From the NCBI GenBank assembly GCA_965217585.1, contig OZ244561.1, positions 3,616,001 to 3,680,000 of the forward strand: a DNA stretch of 64,000 nucleotides. The letters run 5' to 3'. Under the pieces are notes generated by a model. The model saw nothing but the letters and a program-made list of their open reading frames with translations. It did no database searches and had not been told where the DNA came from. This DNA comes from Candidatus Latescibacterota bacterium. Lineage in GTDB: Bacteria; Latescibacterota; UBA2968; UBA8231. The position numbers and the translations under genes were made by a program. This document shows positions 37,063-44,115 of this stretch, piece after piece; position 1 is the first letter of the stretch, and every line of letters starts with the position of its first letter.

Positions 37063-39237
37063 CTATTCGATTTTGACCATTTTGCGGGTGCGCGTCTGCT
37101 CGCCCACCTGCACCCGATACACATAGACTCCAGCGGCGACGGGGTGGCCTTGTGCATCTCGGCCATCCCAAGTCAGCGCGTGTTCGCCGGCGGGCAGCGG
37201 CCCCGTCCACACGTGGCGCAGCGGCTGCCCCAAAACATTGTAGATGGTTAAGTCCACATTTTTGGCTCCGTTGGGCACGGCCAAGGGGATGGTTGTGGCG
37301 GGGTTGAATGGATTGGGGTAGTTGGCCCCGAGGGCAAAGGCCGTTGGCGTGGTCGTCTCGTCAGCTACGGCCGTGGCTGGGGTGCCTTGGTTGATAAAGA
37401 CGGAGACGCCGCCGAGGTCGCTTGCAACGCTCGTTCCTAGCACGACTAGATCGGTGTTGCCATCGCCGTTCACGTCGCCGGCGAGTACTTGACTGCCTTT
37501 GCCTGGGAGGGGGTAGTAGCCTTCGAGGACGGGTATGCTGTTGCGCTGGCCGAGCAACACCACGAGTGCCGGACCGACGGTCGAGTTGCCAGCGACCATA
37601 GCCACATCCAGCACGCCATCGCCGTTGAGGTCGCTGGCGCTGGTCACTGACGGGAGCACCTTCCAGTCGAGCAGGGTGTCGCGCGTCCACCCGCCGGAGG
37701 CGTCCAAACGCCACAGGGCCAAGCCGTAGTAGTCGGTTTCAAGGAACGTATCTATGCTTTCGGGGGAGCCGAGTAGGTCCATCGTTCCATCGCCATCGAG
37801 GTCGGCCAGCAGGTGCAGGGCGCAGGGATTGATCGGGGCCTCAAAAGAGAGCGGCGGTTCTTGGGTGGCGGCCCACGGCTGGGTTAGTTGCCAGGAGCTT
37901 TGGGACTCAAAGCAGGATCCGTTCCACAACAGGCTTGCAGCTTCGCCCAAGGGTTGCCCGGCGGACAGGTAGGCCCAGCGCGCCTCCTCCCAAGGCGTCT
38001 CCTCGCTGGCGAGTCCATGCTCATCCGTCTCTTCGCTGTGTACCTCATTGCTGTCGAGAGCGAATCTATCGTCGAGGACGAATCTATCACTGTTGACAAA
38101 GTCGTAGCCGTCGTTGATCCACATAATCACTTGGGACGGAGCATCGCCGACCAACAAGTCCACATCGCCGTCGCCGTCGCCATCGGCCAAGCCAACGAGC
38201 GAGACGCCGGACAGTTGCAGGGTGGGATCAAAGCCGCCACCCCAGTTGTACCACACTTCGACGATTCCGCCTTCGGCAACGACCAGATCTAGGAGTCCAT
38301 CGCCGTCGAAGTCGCTTCCCCAGAGATAAAAGAATGGAGTATAGTCAGAAGAGGGTGTGGTTGAGAGGGGGACCTCTTGGGTGGGTTCAAAGCTGCCTAG
38401 CCCGTCGTTGGACGCCACCGTCCAGCCCAGTTGTCTTTCGCCGTCCACGAGGCGGTTCCAAGCCACCACGAGATCCGCATCGCCATCGCCGTCCACGTCG
38501 CCCACTGCGCCGTGCGATTCTTGCGAACTGCTTTGCCAACGGCTTGGGATGCCGATGCCCTCTCCGAGCGGAAAAAAGTCGGGTTCGGCAAACAAGGTGC
38601 CGGGCGGCCCCAACTCCACACCGAGATCCCTAGGCGACAATTCCCCCTGCGCCAACTCTTCGGCCCCTGTGAGCTGAATCCAGTCTAGTTCTAAAAACTT
38701 GGGATGGTTGTTCACGTCCTGAGAGTCTCGGTATAACATCATGTCTATACGAATAGTATAGAGGGTATCCTGCCAGATGATCTCCTGCTCTGGATATGCT
38801 TCTACCAAGGCGCGTAGATCTACGGTGAGGTCTTCCCATTCGAGGGGATAGGGTTGAAGATCTCTCCACGTGCTAGACCTCCCTTTAAGGAGGCGTCTTC
38901 TCTCGGCATTGGACCAGTACATCCAGAATGGTCCCTCGGTGGGACTGTGGTGTATGAGGCGCAGCCGTAGGGTGAGGCGGTCGAACAGGGCCGAGTCTTT
39001 GCCGATCAACGGCGAGCGCAATTGAACGGTGGGTCTGCGACCAGGCACGGGCGCAATGCGCCAGACGCCATCGATGACTTCGCTGTGTAGTGGTTCGCGA
39101 CTGCCTGATTTATTGGTATAAGTGGAGCTTTCCCGGGCGGTCCAGCCCCAAGTGGAGCCGTCGGCGAAATCCCACGTTAGGGCAAAGGTTCCAAATGGAG
39201 CCGCCAACAATAGAATTGCAAAGAGAAAACAGCGCAT
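37063..39237 (-). CDS. FG-GAP repeat surface protein (copy 3)
   Basis: Same architecture plus an acidic insert DRFVLDDRFALDSNEVHSEETDEHGLASEETPWEE. Confidence 0.85.
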   Translation of the reverse strand: MRCFLFAILLLAAPFGTFALTWDFADGSTWGWTARESSTYTNKSGSREPLHSEVIDGVWRIAPVPGRRPTVQLRSPLIGKDSALFDRLTLRLRLIHHSPTEGPFWMYWSNAERRRLLKGRSSTWRDLQPYPLEWEDLTVDLRALVEAYPEQEIIWQDTLYTIRIDMMLYRDSQDVNNHPKFLELDWIQLTGAEELAQGELSPRDLGVELGPPGTLFAEPDFFPLGEGIGIPSRWQSSSQESHGAVGDVDGDGDADLVVAWNRLVDGERQLGWTVASNDGLGSFEPTQEVPLSTTPSSDYTPFFYLWGSDFDGDGLLDLVVAEGGIVEVWYNWGGGFDPTLQLSGVSLVGLADGDGDGDVDLLVGDAPSQVIMWINDGYDFVNSDRFVLDDRFALDSNEVHSEETDEHGLASEETPWEEARWAYLSAGQPLGEAASLLWNGSCFESQSSWQLTQPWAATQEPPLSFEAPINPCALHLLADLDGDGTMDLLGSPESIDTFLETDYYGLALWRLDASGGWTRDTLLDWKVLPSVTSASDLNGDGVLDVAMVAGNSTVGPALVVLLGQRNSIPVLEGYYPLPGKGSQVLAGDVNGDGNTDLVVLGTSVASDLGGVSVFINQGTPATAVADETTTPTAFALGANYPNPFNPATTIPLAVPNGAKNVDLTIYNVLGQPLRHVWTGPLPAGEHALTWDGRDAQGHPVAAGVYVYRVQVGEQTRTRKMVKIE

Positions 39238-39289
39238 AGGATCACCTATAGGATTTTGGTCGTTTTGACGCCCTGTAGGTTAAGATACT

Positions 39290-39305
39290 TGCACATTCCG
39301 TGCCA
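39290..39305 (-). promoter_or_regulatory. sigma54 -24/-12 promoter (internal copy)
   Basis: Minus strand TGGCACGGAATGTGCA (GG-N10-GC), ~50 bp before the ATG; IHF-like TTTCAATTCTTTA at 39346-39358. Confidence 0.8.
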
Positions 39306-39424
39306 AATGTCAGACCGCTCATAAAAAAATCCTTCAGGAGTACCCTAAAGAATTGAAAATATAGTAGTTAAAAACGTGAATTTATTTTTCCTAGGCGTTG
39401 CGCCTGCCGTCGGTGCAAGGTTTT

Positions 39425-39489
39425 CCACGTTTTTCCGTGGATTTTCCACGACTTTCCGTGAACTTCCACGACTTTCCGTGTTGGCCACG
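39425..39489. promoter_or_regulatory. phased palindrome array B (putative bEBP upstream activating sequence)
   Basis: Alternating CACG/CGTG half-sites at 39426, 39436, 39447, 39457, 39467, 39477, 39486. Confidence 0.65.
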
Positions 39490-39539
39490 CCGCCAAGAAG
39501 CCCGCCGGAATGTGGCTTTATTCAATGTGCTCAACTCGT

Positions 39540-41672
39540 CTATTCGATCTTGACCATTTTGCGGGTGCGCGTCTGATCGTCCACCTGCAACCGATACACA
39601 TAGACCCCAGCGGCGACGGGTTGACCCTGCGCGTCTCGGCCATCCCAAGTTAGCTGGTGCTCGCCGGCTGGCAGCGGCCCCGTCCACACTTGGCGCATCG
39701 GCTGCCCCAGCATGTTGTAGATGGTTAGGTCCACGTCCTTGGCTCCGGCGGGCACGGCCAAGGGGATGGTTGTGGCGGGATTGAACGGGTTGGGGTAGTT
39801 GGCACCGAGGGTAAAGGTCGTTGGCGTGGATGCCTCGGCGGCTACGGCTGTGGCCGGGGTGCCTTGATTGGTCAAGACGAAGACGCCGCCGTGGCCGCTT
39901 CCGGGACTGGTTCCCAGCACGACCAGATCGGTGTCGCCATCGCCGTTGACATCGCCGGTGAGCACCTGATTGCCCTCGCCGGGCAGGGGATAGTAGCCTT
40001 CGAAGGCGGGTAATCCATTGCGCTGGCCGAGCCACACCACCAGCGCCGGACCGACGGGCAAGTTGCCAGCGACCATGGCCACATCTAGGAGTCCATCGCC
40101 GTTGAGGTCGCTGGCGGTGGCTATGTGCGACGAGAGGGCCTTCCAGTCGAGCAAGGAATGGCGTGTCCACTCGCCGGAGGCGTTCAGACGCCACAGAGCC
40201 AAGCCGTAGTCGTCGGTGCCGAAGTTCGTCTCTATGCGCTCGGGGGAGCCGAGTAGGTCCACCGTCCCATCGCCATCGAAGTCGGCCAGCAGGTGCAGGG
40301 CGGAGGGATGGACCGGAGCTTCTACAGCGAGCGGCGGTTCCTGAACGGCTGCCCACGGCCGGGTCAATTGCCAGGATTGGGGCTTGCAGAGTCGCTGCCC
40401 GCAGGGTCGGAACCACAACAGGCTGGCGGCTTCGCCGAGGGGTTGCCCGGCGGGTAGGAAGGGATAGAAGCGCTTCTCCTCGCTGTCGAGGACGAATCTA
40501 TCGCTACTGACAAAGCCGTAGCCGTCGTTGATCCACAAGGTCACGTAATACGATACGCCGTCATACTCCATGACTACGAGATCCGCATCGCCGTCGCCCT
40601 CGCCATCGGCCAAGCCAAGGAGCCAGACCTCGGACAGTTGCAGGATCGGATCAAATTCGTCGCCCCAGTTGTACCATACTTCGACACTCCGGCCTTCATT
40701 AACGACCAGATCCAGGAGTCCATCGCCGTCGAAGTCGCTTCCTCGCAGGGCAATGAGTGGAATGGAGACACGAGAGTATGTGGATACGGTTGAGAGGGAG
40801 ATCTCTTGAGTAGGTTCAAAGCGGCCTAGCCCGTCGTTGGACGCCACGATCCAGCCCACTTGTACTCTTTGTGTTTTGAGGTCTATGTAGCGGTCCCAGG
40901 CCACCACGAGATCCGCATCGCCATCGCCGTCCACGTCGCCGACCGCGCCGCGCGAGTCATCCGGCCAGTCTGGAGAGCCGATAGGCCCTCCGAAGGAGAA
41001 AAAGTCGGGCGCGGCGAACAACGTGCCGGGCGGTCCTACTTCCACCGCGATATCCCTAGGCGACAATTCTCCCTGCGCCAACTCTTCGGCCCCGGTTAGC
41101 TGGATCCTGTCTATTTCTAAAAACGTTGGAGGGTTATCTAGCTCCTGAGAGCGCTCATATAAGAACATGGTTATATGAAAATTAAAGAGGGTATCCTGCC
41201 AGGTGACCGCCCGCTCTGGGTCTGCTGCCAAGGCGCGTAGATCTACGGTGATGTCTTCCCATTCGAGGGGATAGGATTGAGGACGTTCCGAACGAAATCT
41301 CGCTCTATTTACGCTATAGTCAGTGCGGCGACTGTACTTGACATTGGACCAGTGCATCCAGAAGAACCCCTCGATGGGGCTATGGTGTATGAGGCGCAGC
41401 CGTAGGGTGAGGCGGTCGAACAGGGCCGAGTCTTCGCCGATTGACGGCGAGCGCAATTGAACTTTGGGTCTTTGATCAGGCACTAGCGCCATGCGCCAGA
41501 CGCCATCGACGACTTCGCTGTGTAGTGGGGCGTTAGTGCCTTCTACATTGACATTAATAGTAGTTGCCCGGGCGGTCCAGCCCCAAGTGGAGCCGTCGGC
41601 GAAATCCCACGTTAGGGCGACCGCTCCGCGTGGAGCGACCAACAGTAGAATTACAAAGAGCGTATAGCGCAT
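39540..41672 (-). CDS. FG-GAP repeat surface protein (copy 2)
   Basis: Same architecture; start MRYTLF; the most divergent copy. Confidence 0.85.
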   Translation of the reverse strand: MRYTLFVILLLVAPRGAVALTWDFADGSTWGWTARATTINVNVEGTNAPLHSEVVDGVWRMALVPDQRPKVQLRSPSIGEDSALFDRLTLRLRLIHHSPIEGFFWMHWSNVKYSRRTDYSVNRARFRSERPQSYPLEWEDITVDLRALAADPERAVTWQDTLFNFHITMFLYERSQELDNPPTFLEIDRIQLTGAEELAQGELSPRDIAVEVGPPGTLFAAPDFFSFGGPIGSPDWPDDSRGAVGDVDGDGDADLVVAWDRYIDLKTQRVQVGWIVASNDGLGRFEPTQEISLSTVSTYSRVSIPLIALRGSDFDGDGLLDLVVNEGRSVEVWYNWGDEFDPILQLSEVWLLGLADGEGDGDADLVVMEYDGVSYYVTLWINDGYGFVSSDRFVLDSEEKRFYPFLPAGQPLGEAASLLWFRPCGQRLCKPQSWQLTRPWAAVQEPPLAVEAPVHPSALHLLADFDGDGTVDLLGSPERIETNFGTDDYGLALWRLNASGEWTRHSLLDWKALSSHIATASDLNGDGLLDVAMVAGNLPVGPALVVWLGQRNGLPAFEGYYPLPGEGNQVLTGDVNGDGDTDLVVLGTSPGSGHGGVFVLTNQGTPATAVAAEASTPTTFTLGANYPNPFNPATTIPLAVPAGAKDVDLTIYNMLGQPMRQVWTGPLPAGEHQLTWDGRDAQGQPVAAGVYVYRLQVDDQTRTRKMVKIE

Positions 41673-41697
41673 AGTTTTTCTCCAGCGGTCGGCTCGC

Positions 41698-43797
41698 TTA
41701 TTCGATTTTGACCATTTTGCGGGCGTGTATCTGCTCGTCCACCTGCAACCGATACAAATAGACTCCGGCGGCGACGGCTCGGCCCTGCGCGTCGTGGCCA
41801 TCCCAAGTTAGCTGGTGCTTGCCGGCGGCCAGCGGCCCCGTCCACACGTGGCGGATCGGCTGCCCCAAGACATTGTAGATGGTTAAGTCCACGTTCTTGG
41901 CTCCGGCGGGCACGGCCAAGGGGATGGTCGTGGCGGGATTGAATGGGTTGGGATAGTTGGCACCCAAAGCAAAGGTCGTTGGCGTGGCTGCCGTCTCGCT
42001 GGTCACGGCGGTGGCCGGGGTGCCTTGGTTGGTCAAGACGAAGACGCCGCCGTGGCTGCTTTCGGGACTCATTCCCAGCACGACCAGATCGGTGTCGCCA
42101 TCGCCGTTGACATCGCCGGTGAGCGCTTGACTGCCTTCGCCTGGGAGGGGGTAGTAGCCTTCGAGGACGGGCGCGCCGTTGCGCTGGCCGAGCAACACCA
42201 TCAGTGCCGGACCGATGGTCGAGTTGCCAGCGACTAGGGTCACATCCAGCACGCCATCGCCGTTGAGGTCGCTGGCGGTGGTCACTGGTGAGAGCACCCT
42301 CCAGTCGAGCAAGGAATGGCGTGTCCACTCGCCGGAGGCGTCCAGACGCCACAGGGCCAAGCCGTGATTGACGACACCCAAGAACGTCTCTATGCGCTCG
42401 GGGGAGCCGAGTAGGTCCACCGTCCCATCGCCATCGAGGTCGGCCAGCAGGTGCAGGTCACAGGGATTGACCGGGGCTTCGAAAAAGAGCGGCGGTTCTT
42501 GGACGGCCGCCCACGGCCGGGTCAGTTGCCAAAAGTCTTGGGGCTGATAGCAGGGTCGCATCCACAACAGGCCCGCGGCTTCGCCCAAGGGTTGTCCGGC
42601 GGGCAGCCAGGGGAAGCGCGCCTCCTCGCTGTCGAGGACGAAGGTATCGCTGTGGACAAAGTCGTAGCCGTCGTTGGTCCACAGGCTCACTTGGGACGCA
42701 GTGTCGGAGACCAACAGGTCCACATTGCCGTCGCCGTCGCCATCGGCCAAGCCAACGAGCCAGACATCGGACAGTTGCAGGGTAGGATCAAAGCCGCCGC
42801 CCCAGTTGTACCACAGTTTGACGGTCAGGCCTTTGCCAACGGCCAGATCTAGGAGTCCATCGCCGTCGAAGTCGCTTCCCCACAGGTCCATGATTGAAAA
42901 GGAGTCAAAGAAGGATGTGTAGGTTGAGAGGATGACCTCTTGAGTGGGTTCAAAGCGGCCTAGCCCGTCGTTGGACGCCACCGTCCAGCCCTGTTGTCTT
43001 TCGCCATCCACGAGGCGGGTCCAGAGTACCACGAGATCCGCATCGCCATCGCCATCCACGTCGCCCACCACGCCTTGCGCTTTTTCCCAATAGCCGCCTG
43101 GGAAGCCGACGGTCCCACCGAGGGGGAAAAAGTCGGGTTCGGCGAACAAGGTGCCGGGCGGCTCCAACTCCACCGCGAGATCCCCAGGCGACAATTCTCC
43201 CTGCGCTAACTCTTCGGCTCCCGTTAGCTGGATCCAGTCTATTTCTAAAAACTTTGGATGGTTGTCCACGTCTTGCGAGTCCCGATATAACATCATGTCT
43301 ATACGAAAAATGAAAAGGGTATCCTGCCAGGTGATCGCCCATTCTGTATCTGCTTCTGCCAAGGCGCGTAGATCTACGGTGATGTCTTCCCATTCGATGG
43401 GATAGGGTTGAAGACGTCCCGTAGCAAATACTCCTCTTGTGTCAGAGGGAGGGCGACGTCTGTTCTCGGCATTGGACCAGCTCATAAGGAAGTCCCCCTC
43501 GGTAGGACTATGGTGTATGAGGCGCAGCCGAAGGGTGAGGCGGTCGAACAGGGCCGAGTCTTTGCCGATCCACGGCGAGCGCAATTGAACGGTGGGTCTG
43601 CGTCCAGGCACGGGCGCAATGCGCCAGACGCCATCGACGACTTCGCTGTGTAATGGCTCTCTACTACCTCTTGCATTGCTATAATCACCTTCCCGGGCGG
43701 TCCAGCCATAGGTGGAGCCGTCGGAGAAATCCCACGTTAGGGCAACCGCTCCGCGTGGAGCGACCAACAATAGAACTGCAAAGAGCATGTAGCGCAT
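41698..43797 (-). CDS. FG-GAP repeat surface protein (copy 1)
   Basis: Same architecture; first gene of the array. Confidence 0.85.
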   Translation of the reverse strand: MRYMLFAVLLLVAPRGAVALTWDFSDGSTYGWTAREGDYSNARGSREPLHSEVVDGVWRIAPVPGRRPTVQLRSPWIGKDSALFDRLTLRLRLIHHSPTEGDFLMSWSNAENRRRPPSDTRGVFATGRLQPYPIEWEDITVDLRALAEADTEWAITWQDTLFIFRIDMMLYRDSQDVDNHPKFLEIDWIQLTGAEELAQGELSPGDLAVELEPPGTLFAEPDFFPLGGTVGFPGGYWEKAQGVVGDVDGDGDADLVVLWTRLVDGERQQGWTVASNDGLGRFEPTQEVILSTYTSFFDSFSIMDLWGSDFDGDGLLDLAVGKGLTVKLWYNWGGGFDPTLQLSDVWLVGLADGDGDGNVDLLVSDTASQVSLWTNDGYDFVHSDTFVLDSEEARFPWLPAGQPLGEAAGLLWMRPCYQPQDFWQLTRPWAAVQEPPLFFEAPVNPCDLHLLADLDGDGTVDLLGSPERIETFLGVVNHGLALWRLDASGEWTRHSLLDWRVLSPVTTASDLNGDGVLDVTLVAGNSTIGPALMVLLGQRNGAPVLEGYYPLPGEGSQALTGDVNGDGDTDLVVLGMSPESSHGGVFVLTNQGTPATAVTSETAATPTTFALGANYPNPFNPATTIPLAVPAGAKNVDLTIYNVLGQPIRHVWTGPLAAGKHQLTWDGHDAQGRAVAAGVYLYRLQVDEQIHARKMVKIE

Positions 43798-43851
43798 AAG
43801 ACTGCCTCCAGAGTTTTTGGTCGTTTTGACGCCCTGTTAGGTTGAGATACT

Positions 43852-43867
43852 TGCACGTTCCGTGCCA
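43852..43867 (-). promoter_or_regulatory. sigma54 -24/-12 promoter (leader copy)
   Basis: Minus strand TGGCACGGAACGTGCA; IHF-like TTTCAATCCTTTA at 43908-43920; the region 43797-43979 duplicates 39237-39418. Confidence 0.8.
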
Positions 43868-43998
43868 AATATCAGACCACGCATAAAAAAATCCTTCAGG
43901 AGTATCCTAAAGGATTGAAAATATAGTAGTTAAAAGCGTGAATTTATTTTTCTAGGCGTTGCGCCTGCCGTCGTTGCAATTAGACATGTGAAAAATTT

Positions 43999-44052
43999 CG
44001 TATTAAATACGAATCTTCCGTATTAGATACGATTTTTCCCGTATTAAATACG
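43999..44052. promoter_or_regulatory. phased palindrome array A (putative bEBP upstream activating sequence)
   Basis: CGTATTAAATACG (43999), CGTATTAGATACG (44019), CGTATTAAATACG (44040); 20-21 bp period. Confidence 0.7.
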
Positions 44053-44115
44053 ATCTGGCTGCGGTCCCTCCTTTTTTAAAGAATCGGTCGCCGAGCGCAT
44101 AGTCCCCCTACATCC

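Noticed and set aside
28211-41697. Integron cassette array
   Set aside because: Spacers are conserved direct repeats without attC-like inverted structure, and no integrase is present.
26114-43797. Diversity-generating retroelement acting on the paralogs or on the FGE-fold gene
   Set aside because: No reverse transcriptase and no template repeat in the window; differences include indels and are not adenine-specific.
43959-43979. NtrC box TTGCGCC...GTTGCAA shared by both promoter copies
   Set aside because: Half-site spacing is 2 bp longer than the NtrC consensus; it may be a shared site but cannot be assigned.
39421-44052. Short phased repeats at 39425 and 43999 as CRISPR arrays or replication iterons
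   Set aside because: The 20-21 bp period leaves no room for spacers, there are only three units, and no cas or rep gene is present; the position fits an enhancer.
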